Assembly: GCA_009602735.1 (NCBI GenBank) | Contig: WELA01001441.1 | Span: 1 to 34,912 of the forward strand | Source of the DNA: Mesotaenium endlicherianum | Lineage: Eukaryota | Direction: 5' to 3' | DNA length: 34,912 bases | Part shown: one piece after another, positions 22,721 through 34,250 of the stretch | How positions within the stretch are numbered: the stretch's first letter is position 1 | How the letters are laid out: every line of letters starts with the position of its first letter | Position numbers and translations under genes: made by a program | Notes under the pieces: generated by a model | Database searches by the model: none | What the model was told of the DNA's origin: nothing | What the model saw: the letters and a program-made list of their open reading frames with translations, nothing else

Positions 22721-24780
22721 AGCAGATGACGTTCTCTGACAAGCCTATGCCCAGGCCAAGACCAATAACGATTGGAGTCCATGTGGTGCCAACCTCTGAT
22801 CAGAGAGCTATCAGAGAAGCGCATCAGCGACAAGAAGAACATGGTGTTGAAAGGGACGCAGCTGAGGATGACCAAGATGAAACACTTAAAGAAAGTAGAG
22901 TGGCGGAGCTGACCAGGTGTCAAGACCTATTGGCGCGAATTGATAATTCGATGGCGGCTCTATACGACCCTCTGGAAAAAGAGCTGCAAAGGCTGCAAGA
23001 AGACGTAGCCATGGAAGACCAGGCAACTGGTGCAGCAAACCCTTTGGTGAGCGTTGCAGTAAGCAAATCACAGGAGGTGCCATTATCTACAAAACGCTCC
23101 AGCCAAATATTTGTGAGGGTGCCGGAATGGGAGGACGCTACCACTTCTAAGTTACGGAACATGGCCCCAGACCAGGTCTACGGAAACCCATCCCCAGACG
23201 CGGTAACGTCAAGATATGAAGAACGCCAGTGCAATATTGGCGAATGGGCCGAAGAATGCAGTCAGAATTCAGGAAATTCTGGAGGGTCTGGAAAGACCAT
23301 TTGCCTAGAGGTGATTTTTGAAGAACGCAGGAAGGAGACGGTCGAGAGATTGCCCGCCATACCTGTTCTGACGAGCCCAGAGCCAAAGGCCAAAGGGCAA
23401 CCACAAGACACAATTGGTAGCACAGCTGAGTCGATCACCAGGCAAATCATGGAGCAATTGCTGGAAGCAGACGCCCCTCGACTCAAGGAAGAGAAAGTGG
23501 CGAAAGCAGCTCTCGCTCTACAATCAGCCATCATCAACATGGCGAGGCTCAACACAGGAGGGAATGAAGAATCGCCGCCTCCTGGAACAAAGAAGCCAGA
23601 GGAGGGAGAGGATGCAGAGATGCAAGGCCTCTCAGAGTTGGAGTTGCCATCACTCGACAATGGAGGGGACGCCAGGGAAGAAATTCCACGTTTTTCTACG
23701 CCAGAGTTGGATCTGCTTGACTTACAGGAGCTGAGGACAGACGACTGGGTAGCTGACCACCTGATGGGACCAAGCTCGGCAGATCTTTATGAAGAAGTAA
23801 GGTCACCAACATCCAGTACCCCTACTGCCAGTTTTTCATTGGCAGAGCCCAAGTCAACAGCACGACCGCCGCAACGGCAGGAGGTGACTGCCTGCACTGC
23901 TAAAGTGGAGACAGCCTAAGGTAAGCCCGAGAGTCGTGCAAGCAGACCAAGGAAGGTGGCCCGTAAGGGTAACGCATTTTTTAGAAGGATGCTAAAGTGA
24001 TATTTCAAGCATAAGGGGAAGGCTCAGAGAGAGGACGTTCCGCGAGGAACCACAGCCCCACCTCCTCCGCCTCTGCGAGATATTTTGCAGAGAGAGGGAG
24101 AGGACGGCTTGATTTGTAGGGCAATGGGCATTAGTATGCCGCCAGGCATTAACACGCCCTTGTTGCAACTATCAGACCTTAGGATGCAGAGGCCGGAGGC
24201 ACCTGCTCCCACAACACTTGCAATTCCAGAATGGGAACTGATGGATCTGAGAAACACCATCAGTCGCTTAACCGCAGCAGACGATGCTTTCCTCGCACAA
24301 CAAGCGGCACCTCAAAGGCCACAAACGTTGACGCGGGCATGGACTGTCACACCACCTGCAAGGGAGGAGTATGGCACGACCGTTGCCCGCATGGCTATTA
24401 TTGAGCAAGAGTGGGGCTGGGTAATCAGCCCTAGGGCAAATCCTGCAGGTTGGCCAATGGCAAACCAACCTTGGCCACGTGAAGAAGGAGGAACAGGGAC
24501 CAGTTGGACTGCAGTCGACGAGGAAATGTTCCTGAGGCAACCCATCCGGAGGCGCCTGACATACACCTCACCGCAAGAGAGGCAACGTGTCATTGGGAAA
24601 GGTAAAAAGCCTAGGAAACAGGCTGCAGAGCCTATGGCAACGGAGGAGCAAGCTGCAAAGCCCGCTACCTCACCTTCTAAGAATCAGGCAGAAAAACCTG
24701 AGGGACAGAATCAGGCAGAAAAGCCTGAGGGCCAGGATGAGGGCGGAAAGCCCCCACCTGCACCCAAGGAATAGCAATTA

Positions 24781-27541
24781 ATGGATGTCTTTGTTGGGGA
24801 GAAGCAACCTGAAACTGAGACTTTTGCCATTGGGATAATGGTCTCAGCCCAGCAAAAAGCACAAGTAGAAAGGTTGCCGAAGAAACACCGCAAGGTGTTT
24901 GCTTTTACTAAAGAGGAGATTGGTATAACCACTGCCAGCGTGTGTAAAATCACACTAAGTACTGATAACCCAGTCAGACTTGGGCCGCATAAGCTCAGTC
25001 AAACAGAGTGGGACTGCGTGGAGAAAACTTGCGAAGAGCTGCATAAGCTCCGCATGATTGAAAAATCTACCTCAGTGCATGGGGCTCCCACAGTAGTAGT
25101 TGCGAAAAAGGACGAGGTCGGCAATTACACTGCCACTCGCACGTGTGGAGATTACAGGAGACTGAATCTCTACACGGAGCCAGACAACTACGTGATGCCT
25201 ACACCGAAGCGGATCTTTGCAATTGCCACCACCGAAAAGGTGTTCAGCATCATCAATCTGCGCCAAGGCTTCAACCAGATCCCTGTGAAAACAGAAGATC
25301 GAGGTAAGACCGCTTTTTGGGCTCGAAGGGAACTTTAACAATGGACAGTAATGCCATGTGGGCTGAAAAATGCCCCAGCCATATTTCAGAGGACTATGGA
25401 TAAAGTGCTGGAGAGGCTGGATTTTGCTAAACCATACATTGACGATGTGGTAGTATTCAGCAAGTCCATAGAGGAGCACCTCGAGCACTTGGAACAAGTG
25501 TTCCAGCGCCTGGAGAAATTCCAGATGAAGCTGCATCCTGGGAAGTGCAGATTCTTTGAGGCACACGTGCCTTACCTAGGACATGAGATTGGGAACAATG
25601 CTATGTCCCCTCAGGCTGTAAAGACTGAGGCCATTTATAAGATACCTGCACCTGCGAATGTGTCTAAGCTGAAAGCTCTGTTAGGGTTAAGCGGATACTA
25701 TCGTAAGGTTGTGAAGGATTATAGCAGGATTGCTAAACCCCTGACGGAACTCCTGAAAAAGGATGTGCCTTTTGTGTGGACAGAAGCTCAGGAGAAAGCT
25801 ATGAACGAGCTTAAGGAGCGGCTGGTAACAGCCCCAGTCTTGCGAGCGCCTGACTACTCCAAGCCGTTCAATCTGCACACTGACTGGAGTCGTGTGGGAA
25901 TTGGCGCAGTGCTCACTCAGGCCGCAAGCCCTAGAGAGGAGTATGTCATTGCCTATGCCTCACGCTCTAACAATCGAGCGGAGAGCAACTACTTGTCCTA
26001 CAAAGGAGAGCTGCTGGCAGTGGTTTGGGCTGTCACACACTTCAGAGAATATCTGTGGGGAAGACCCTTCACGCTGATCACGAATCACTCGCCAGTACTA
26101 TGGCTGATGAAGAATGGACAATAGTAAGTTGGCTCGCTGGGCTCTTAAGCTGCAAGAGTACCAAATGACGGTGGTACATACAGCAGGAGTGCTCAACAAC
26201 GACGCCGATGGACTCAGCAGGAACCCAGACCCAACTTCCGACGACAAAACAGGAGCTCGAGAGGACGAAGATCCGAGCAGTCCAGCAAAGTTGGTGGCCT
26301 GCCTAGTCAAAATGGCTGGAATGGTAGCATCAAGTGAAGCTGAGCCTCTACTTCTATTCAGTCCAGAGATCTGGAAAGATCAAGCTACTATGCATTGGCT
26401 GAAGACGGGAATTCACTTGGAAGAACTATCAGTGAAGCAGAAGGACCAGGTGAGCCATCGAGCTAAAAGGTTTTGCTGGAAACGCAACAACCTCTTCAAA
26501 ATTGAAGGTACTGGTCAGGAGAAGTTAGTGCCAGAACCCATCAGGAGACGAGCTCTTGTGCAGGAAATGCACGAGAACACTGGACACTATGGTGTCAAGA
26601 AGACGTATAGTCTTTTCGAACTGTCTTACAGGTGGAGGGGCATGAAGCAGCAGTGTGAAGATGTGATCAAGGCTTGCCAAAGCTGCGATTACGTCAAGGC
26701 TGGTTTTACCTAGCAACATCCACACTTGCAACCTTTGCCGATCATGGGCCTAGGCTACCGCTGGAGCTGCGATCCCGCACGTGAGCTATCGCTGTCTAAG
26801 CGAGGTAACAAGTATATCATGGTCATGATTGAGCATTTCTCTAAGTGGATAGAGGTCGTGCCTCTGACTGCCAAGGAGAGTCTAGGGACCGCGGAAGCGC
26901 TCCTCAATGGTGTGATCGTGCGTCATGGAGCTCCAGCAGAAGTGCTGACAGACCAAGGGTCTGAGTTCCAAGGGTCCTTTCAGAAATTCTTGGATAGATG
27001 CTTCATTGATCATCGCACTACGTCTAGAGATCATCCGCAAGCAGATGGTCTGGCAGAAAGGATGGTGCAAATCGTTAAGTCTGCTTTGCGCAAGTTTTGC
27101 CTTGAGCATGACAAGCGTGACTGGGATCTGGCCCTGCCATGGCTGGTTATGGGTTACAGATTTAGCAAGCAGGCTGCCTTGGCAAATTACTCGCCATATC
27201 AGATACTGTTTGACAGAAGTCCAGTAGTGCCCAGCAGCATCAAGCAGGAGATTGAACGGGTGAAAGACCTGGACAGCCCTGATGAACTGCTAAAGGTGGT
27301 GGTACGCCGTAAGGCGTTATTTAAGCGCATGATGCCGGCTGCACTGGACAATCTGAAAATTGCACAGAAAAAAGATACGCAGCGTTACGCCAGGACGCGA
27401 GACGGGAGTTACCGCCTGCAGATGACGCAAATTCAAGAAGGAGACTTTGTCTACCGCAAGCGCCAGACCAAGACCACCATCGACACCAGGTCAGGTGCAG
27501 TGATCTTACGCGTGAAACATGCGTTTGACAATGGTGTGTGA
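24781..27541 (+). pseudogene. pol: Reverse transcriptase, RNase H and integrase of the DNMT-carrying element
   Basis: Motifs: RTCGDYRRLN, MPCGLKNAPA, YIDD (25434-25445), HTDWSRVGIGAVL, HENTGH...CQSC, LTDQGSEF, PQADGLAER. Stops at 25336, 26711 and 27539; frameshift at ~26120. Confidence 0.94.
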
Positions 27542-27664
27542 GAACTGGAAGATTTTGATGGTCAAACCATGAGAGACCACGTGCAAAATTGTTCACTATG
27601 CCATTTGCCAAATATTGATCCTACGGTTAGGGTTGTGCCCGAGGAATTGGTGCCAGCCACACCT

Positions 27665-27793
27665 TGTGCCAGCTGCAAAGTGCTGGATGATCAGGAAGCA
27701 ATGGTAACTTGCGATAAGTGTGGTGCCCGTTGGCACACTTTCTGCATTAATCAAGAAGAGATTATGGCAGGACAATGGCAATGTCCTGACTGC
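27665..27793 (+). pseudogene. PHD finger (C4HC3) at the integrase C-terminus
   Basis: CASC-x11-CDKC-x4-H-x2-C-x12-CPDC with W two residues before the last Cys pair. Same frame as the integrase across one stop. Confidence 0.88.
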
Positions 27794-27900
27794 CTTCCTA
27801 AACCCCTAGCCGCAGGGCTGGAAAATAATAGCTTTCAGCAGAAAGGCAGGGACGCCTCAGCTGAAAGGGAGGGGTATAAGAGGAATTAAGGCAAGGCAGG

Positions 27901-28645
27901 TGTAATGAATCAGTATATTAGTAGATATAATATTCATTTAAATATAATACTTAATTTAGTTCAGCCTACTGAGCTTTAGTTAGTAGTCAGTCTGCTGAAC
28001 TTTAGGTAATAATCAATCTGCTGGACTTTATATAATTATCAGTTTTATGACTCGGCCAAAAGCAGCAGGCTGAAGTCAACTTAAGTCAGCTTGCTGACAC
28101 ATTCTTTGACAGCCAGCTGACTTCCGTGCTCGGTAGCAGCGAACTGCCTTGATATGCATCTAAGTACCACCTGCTAGATGAATGGCCAGATGACATCCCC
28201 ATGATGGATGGCTATTCGGGATGATGGGAGATGGCGGTGGATTTGGTTAACCGAGGTCCTACCAACGTGGTTAACTCCCGGGTAGGCGGTGCCATCGCAC
28301 TGACCGTTGAACAGTAAACTCATTCCATGTACATATGCTAGGCATTGCTCTCGAGTTCGGCATTCGGAAACGAGGCCAACTCTCTTGTACAGCTTACTGA
28401 GAGAGATCTGAATCCAAGGCGAGAAGCCATTGATACGCACTGTCTTCTAACCTTGCTTATGTATGAGTTTACTGATTTGCATCATTGATGCTAGTTTACT
28501 CGCATTTGACTTACGAGTATTATTCCCTGCTAGTGTATTGTCCTTTGCCGTTTAACTAGTTAACGGAAATACCATAAAGATTACTTGCTGATATAAAGAT
28601 CTTTATTAATTGTTAATCGCCTATTTGGTAAGTCGATTCATTTCA
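27901..28645 (+). repeat. Putative 5' LTR (745 bp) of the second chromovirus
   Basis: Starts TGTAATGAATC and ends GATTCATTTCA (10/11 terminal inverted repeat), directly before the PBS. No second copy in the window to confirm it. Confidence 0.72.
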
Positions 28646-28646
28646 G

Positions 28647-28658
28647 TGGTATCGGAGC
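28647..28658 (+). promoter_or_regulatory. Primer-binding site, tRNA-iMet type (TGGTATCGGAGC)
   Basis: Follows ...TTCA g, just upstream of the gag ATG at 28680. Confidence 0.9.
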
Positions 28659-28679
28659 AGTTATCACAGTCTTCTTTGT

Positions 28680-30158
28680 ATGGTAAGGACAAGGTCTCAA
28701 ACTAGCAACTCCCGAGACATGGAGAACCAGGATAACGAGAATGTCGAAAACCAGGCGGAAAGCCATGTAGCGGGAAACCGTACCTATTCGGAAGCAGTAG
28801 CGGATACTGCAGCTAGGGAGGCTGCAGATGAGGCAGCTGCTATTGCCTCAGTCGCAGCTCAGCAAGCTGAGGAGGAGATAGCCAGACTAGAAGCTGAACA
28901 AGTAGCAAAGGCCGCTGAAGATATACAAAGGAGGGAAGGACAGCCAGCTGACGAGCGCACTGTTGAAGAACTTATGGCATCAAGGGCCAATGTTCTGAAC
29001 CCACCTCCTGCCGTACAACTCAATGTACCCCTAGGTCAAATACGTGACCGGCTGAATGCGGCAGGAATTGCTGCTGCAGGAGCAAGAGGGATTGTTGAGG
29101 ACACTACTCAGCGAGTAGATGCCAATGCTGCTGCTGCATTTGCTAATCTACCACCCCAAAATGTAGACTTGGGAGCATTGTTCGTTCAGATGCAGTCGCA
29201 AATGGCGACCATGTATCAGTCCCAGCAGGAGGACAAAAGAATCATAATGTCCCTACTCCGGGACAGAGACCAACTGGGGTCTCACACCACTAGTGGTGGT
29301 GGCCGAGGGCCTAGTAAGCCCAAGCCGAAACCTCCCCAGGACTATGATCCTGAGGGAAACAGAAAATATTACCTGATCAAGTTTCTCGCGGATGTTGAGC
29401 AGTGGCTGGAGAACTACCCAGAACTGCAAGATTACGAGAAGGTCAGGCACACCGGTGCGCTACTGAAAGGCAGTGCCGCAGACTGGTGGCTTTACTGGAA
29501 GGAAGAGCGTAAGGCTCGGCAACTCGGTGACCCTACGTGGGTAGAGTTTGTCGAGAAGTTGCATGAGAAGTTTGATGTCATCAACCAGCAGGAGAAAGCT
29601 ATCTATGCGATGATCTCCCTGACACTGAAGCAGACCACTTCAGTTGCTGAGTTTGCTCAAAAGTTCCAAGAGAACATGATGAAGCAGCCTGATTTGCCAG
29701 AACGGTATAGGATAGCATACTTCAGGTATGGCTTGAAATCCGAGGTCTCTGGTCATTTTGCTGAGAAAAAGTATGAGAAACTGGCTGACTTGATCCAGGA
29801 TGCTGACGCCTGGGATCAGCAGCAGTTCAATCACAAGCGCCAGAGTAACGCTTTGGTGTCTAAGATTGTCAAAAAGCCCCACGGTTCCTACAATGCAGTT
29901 GAAGGAGACCAGGCTGAGGATAATCAGGGTGATGAATATGAGTATGAGTACAATGCTATTCAGTCTAGAGGTAGAGGTGGTCCCTCTCGAGGTGGCTATG
30001 GAAGGGGTGGTGGTAGGACTAAGCCGAGACCAGCCTCAGCAAAATCTACTTGCTACCATTGTCAGCAGAAAGGCCACTACAGAGAACAGTGTCCGGTCAA
30101 GCACCTGCCTAAGGTCGAGAGAAAAGACCAGCCTTTAAAAGACAGCAACAGTCAGTAA
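28680..30158 (+). CDS. gag: Gag (492 aa) with CCHC zinc knuckle
   Basis: Intact ORF starting [31 protein letters not shown]-rich segment, [14 protein letters not shown]. Confidence 0.93.
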   Translation: MVRTRSQTSNSRDMENQDNENVENQAESHVAGNRTYSEAVADTAAREAADEAAAIASVAAQQAEEEIARLEAEQVAKAAEDIQRREGQPADERTVEELMASRANVLNPPPAVQLNVPLGQIRDRLNAAGIAAAGARGIVEDTTQRVDANAAAAFANLPPQNVDLGALFVQMQSQMATMYQSQQEDKRIIMSLLRDRDQLGSHTTSGGGRGPSKPKPKPPQDYDPEGNRKYYLIKFLADVEQWLENYPELQDYEKVRHTGALLKGSAADWWLYWKEERKARQLGDPTWVEFVEKLHEKFDVINQQEKAIYAMISLTLKQTTSVAEFAQKFQENMMKQPDLPERYRIAYFRYGLKSEVSGHFAEKKYEKLADLIQDADAWDQQQFNHKRQSNALVSKIVKKPHGSYNAVEGDQAEDNQGDEYEYEYNAIQSRGRGGPSRGGYGRGGGRTKPRPASAKSTCYHCQQKGHYREQCPVKHLPKVERKDQPLKDSNSQ

Positions 30159-30247
30159 TCCAGTCTACTGACTGTGAGGATGCTAGAGATAGTGAGTCGT
30201 CACTAGCTGCCCTCGTAGCAGGTATTATGGGTCCTGCTGAACTGGAT
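30134..30247 (+). promoter_or_regulatory. Putative -1 programmed ribosomal frameshift signal (slippery T TTA AAA plus stem-loop/pseudoknot)
   Basis: Heptamer at 30134-30140 in gag phase; 7-nt spacer; perfect 10-bp stem 30148-30157/30166-30175. The -1 frame is open into pol. Confidence 0.8.
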
Positions 30248-33200
30248 TCACTATGCATGCCTGACAAACAGATAAAGGAGACCATCAGCAATATAGACGT
30301 CCAGAGAGTGCACACTCTGGATGCTCTTGTTCCACCTGATGTCCAACATTTCTTTGCTACGTCAGGAGAACAATGCGAAAGTCAGGAAAAGACAGTCCCC
30401 CCTATCCTACTGCATTGCATGATTGCAGGTAGGAAGGTGAGGGCATTTGTTGACGGAGGGGCGTCACATACTTTTATCCACAAGGACTTAGTTAAGCGGC
30501 TAAGGCTGCCTACTGTCACCCAAGGGAATAGAAAAATATTCCTTGGAGATGCCTCAAGTATCCCGGGAGGAGTTATAACCAAGCCTATTGAGGTCCAGTT
30601 AGGTTCTGGCATTGCAGTTCTAACTGAAACGCTTACATTTGAGGTACTCAACACTGGCTTTTATGATCTCGTGCTAGGCAGGTCCTGGCTTAATAGACAT
30701 CAAGCTGAAGTGTGTTGGAGCAGAGGTACAGTTAAAGTGAGAGGAGCCAGTGATGGGCAGACTGACTTGGCACCCACCAGTGCTCTTCCTCTTGTCCTGT
30801 GTGGATGGCAAATGAAGGAAAAGAAGAGGCTTCCAGAAGGATGCAAGTTGCTGAATGCAATGGAGTTCGTCAAAAGCTGGAACCAGAAGGAAGACAGAAT
30901 GTTCTGTCTGCTGCTAAGAGAGGTACCTCCTCAACCTGAAGAAGTGGTTGAGAAAAAGGTACACCCTCCGGAACACCCTACTGCTGCAAACATTGTTGCT
31001 CAGTACACGGATGTGTTTAATATGCCTCCAGGACTACCCCCTAAGCGGGAAGTAGATCATAGGATTGATTTATTACCTGGTAGCCAGCCACCCTGGCAAC
31101 GCACGTATGGCTTGTCTTATTTGGAGAGTGAGGAGTTGAAAACACAGATTGCAGAGCTGGAGGAAAATGGTTACATTTCTCCCAGTAAATCACCGTACGG
31201 CGCACCTATCCTATTTGTTAAGAAAAAGGATGGCAGTATGCGGATGTGTGTGGATTACAGAGCCCTGAACAGAATTACAGTAAAGAACAAGTATGCTTTA
31301 CCCAGAATCGAGGACTTGCTTGATACCCTGTCTGGCGCTAAGGTGTTCAGTAAGATAGATCTCAAGAGTGGTTATCATCAAATCAGAATTGCTGAGGGGG
31401 ATGAACACAAGACTGCTTTCCGCACACGTTATGGACACTATGAGTTCAACGTGATGCCATTTGGACTGACTAATGCTCCTGCTACCTTTATGGGTGCTAT
31501 GAATGACATTTTCAGACCTTATTTGGATAAGTTTGTGCAAGTTTTCCTGGATGATATTTTAATTTTCTCTAAAGATGAAGCTCAGCACACTGAACACTTA
31601 AAGAAAGTGCTGGACACTCTGCGGAAAAATCACTTATATGCTAAAATGAGCAAGTGTGATTTCTTTAAGGAAAGTATTGAATTCTTAGGCCACGTTGTCA
31701 GTAAAGAGGGCATCAGTGTGGACCCTAAGAAACTCCAGACCATAAGGGATTGGCCAGTATCACAGTCTGTCTCTAAAGTTAGATCCTTCCTCGGGTTGGC
31801 TAACTACTATAGGAGATTTATTGAGAATTATTCCACAAAGGCCAGTAAACTGACTGACCTTACTAAGAAAGACATAGGGTATGTGTGGGGGGAAGAGCAG
31901 CAGGCTGCCTTCCAGACCCTTAAAGATGCCCTTTGTTCTGCCCCAGTGCTAGCCGTGTATGACCCCAGCAAACCGGTGCAGGTGGTTACTGATGCCTCTG
32001 ACTTTGCCATGGGTGCTATTTTGTTGCAGCCTGCTGACAAAACCACAAAGGATGGTAAGGTACGGCAGGAGTGGCATCCTGTGTTGTATGAGTCTATGAA
32101 ATTTAATTCAGCGGAGATTATTTACTCAGTGCATGATAAAGAGCTTCTAGCTATCATTCATGTACTCAAACAGTGGAGAGCATACTTACATGGTAAAGCT
32201 TTTAAGGTGATTACAGATCATCTAGCTCTGACTCACTTTCAGAAGAAGTCGAAGCTGTTGAGGAGGGAGAACCGCTGGAGCCAGATGCTGGAGCAGTTCC
32301 AAGTCCAGATCGACTACAAACCAGGGAAGTTGAATCTTGCTGATGCACTCTCTGGAAGACCTGACTTCCACGAAAGGAACTTCAGTCAGCATGCTATAGA
32401 TAAAAACCTGTGTGCACTCACTTCACTAAAGGTGAAAAAGTCCTTCCTAGAACAACTTAGGAAAGCCTACCTTTCTGACCCAACATTTGAGCCCAGCCCC
32501 ACTACTGGTGTGTGTCGTGCTACTGCACTCGGGTATAAGCTTAAGGGAGGGGTCTGGGTGACTGAAACCACTTCAGGCAGGCTGAAGCTGGTCATTCCTA
32601 ATAACTTGGAAATAAGGTCTCTCTTACTGAGTCAAGCTCATGACAGTCTCCTGGGTGGACATTTGGGGCAGGCCAAAACTGTTGGCAAACTGGCAAAACA
32701 TTATCATTGGGAGGGGTTACTCCGGGAGGTCTTGAAATATGTCAAGTCCTGTGACCAGTGTCAGAGAAATATGTCTCGGCACACACCACCCGGAGGTCTC
32801 TTGCAACCACTGCCCATCCCAGCTGGACGTTGGGAAACTATATCCATGGAGTGGGTGGTCACACTGCCACGAACTGCTAACGGGCATGATTTGATATTGG
32901 TAGTCGTGGATAAATTGACAAAAATGGTCATTTTCATCCCCACAACTGTCAAAGTAACTACACTCGAAACAGCGACACAGTTTTACAACCATGTAGTATG
33001 CCAACATACGCTACCTTCTAATATCATCTCAGACAGAGACTCGAAATTCACCTCTAAGTTCTGGAGAGCTTTAATGGGGTTAATGGGAGTCAAACAGCTG
33101 CTCAGCACAGCAAACCATCCTCAGACTGATGGGCAGACTGAAAGAACTAATCGACTTCTACAGGAGGTGCTGAGAGCATATATTAACCAAAAACAAGATA

Positions 33201-33954
33201 ATTGGGATGACCTGTTGCCTCAAATTCAGTTTGCGGTCAACAGTGCGGTGCACGCGTCAACGGGCAAAACTCCTTTTGAACTCAGCCTGGGTAGAGTCCC
33301 TAAGTCTCCTCTAGATGTGCTAGGGGAATCTTTAACTCACCCTGAAGGGATTGACAACCCGGTCTCCCTCCAGTTAACTCAGGAGTTTGCTGACACCCTG
33401 TCAGAAGTCCAACGAAACTTGCACAAGGCCCAAGAAAACCAACAAAAATACGCTAATCAACACCGTCGGGAACTGACATTTTCCAAGGGGGATTTAGTCA
33501 AACTGCATTCTCAGCACCTGTACCTCCCTGGTGTGGTCAAGAAAAAGCTTGGCCCTGTCTGGGTCGGTCCGTATTCGGTGGTCCGTCGTGTCGGTCAGAA
33601 TGCTTACAAACTGAACATGTCAGCTGAATACAAGGGGCACCCGGTCTTTAATGTCTCCTTCCTGGAACCGTNGTGGAACCATACATCAAAGGTGATACAC
33701 TGTTCACAGGTCGGTTACCTGTGCAACCGGGACCGGTCCCCGCTGTCCAGGACGGCGATCCTGAGGAATATGAGGTCGATGAGATTTTAGACGCTCGCTC
33801 GGTCTGTCGATCGTCTATATATGTCATGAAGTACCTCATCCGATGGAAGGGTTACGATGCCTCTGGGAACACTTGGGAATTTAAAGATCAGCTGACCAAT
33901 GCCAAAGGGGCGTTGAAACGGTTCCACCTTCGGGCGGCTGGGGCACCTCCCTAA
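30140..33954 (+). CDS. pol: Pol: protease, RT, RNase H, integrase, chromodomain (apparent frame break at N 33672)
   Basis: Motifs: [39 protein letters not shown]...[26 protein letters not shown]...[16 protein letters not shown]. The first integrase D reads E (ISMEW) here but D in the second copy. Confidence 0.9.
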
Positions 33955-34250
33955 CAGTCATTTCAGTTGACCCGGGAAGGTGACAGGAGGTCCTGTCTCC
34001 ATATAAGTTGGAGGGGGGTGTGACAGTTAGTGACGGTTGTGGAAGGAAGCCTACCTTTAAAATTAAGTTGGAGGGAGTGGTATTCTCCAATCACCATATT
34101 ACACACTCAACCTGCGCTCACACTCACTTGCCATCTAACTCCATTTTCCCTTATATTCACTCACACCAGGTATTCCACTCTAGGAACTCTTCGGATCGCG
34201 TTCCTCTTCATCAAGGGCACACAGTAGCGGCAAAAGGGCATGACTTCACT

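Larger units (their letters stand above)
11740..27900 (+). mobile_element. Decayed Ty3/Gypsy retrotransposon encoding Gag-PR-C5 DNA methyltransferase-spacer-RT-RH-IN-PHD; interrupted by a nested insertion at 14206-20104
   Basis: Domain order PR-RT-RH-IN indicates Ty3/Gypsy. ORF pieces are mostly in shared frames separated by single stops. PPT-like gaaagggagggg at 27863-27874. The 5' limit comes only from homology with the telomeric copy; LTRs were not resolved. Confidence 0.9.
27901..34020 (+). mobile_element. Second Ty3/Gypsy chromovirus; no matching 3' LTR seen
   Basis: 5' LTR, PBS, gag, pol in the -1 frame, chromodomain, and PPT-like ggagggggg at 34010-34018. Confidence 0.92.

Noticed and set aside
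27958..28045. Degenerate ~25-bp repeats (tcagtctgctgaactttag-like) as a CRISPR-like array
   Set aside because: Head-to-tail degenerate units without unique spacers, inside an LTR; an ordinary LTR subrepeat.
33958..33967. 10-bp match (tcatttcagt) to the LTR end/PBS junction at 28638-28647
   Set aside because: Too short and AT-rich, with no flanking similarity; compatible with chance.
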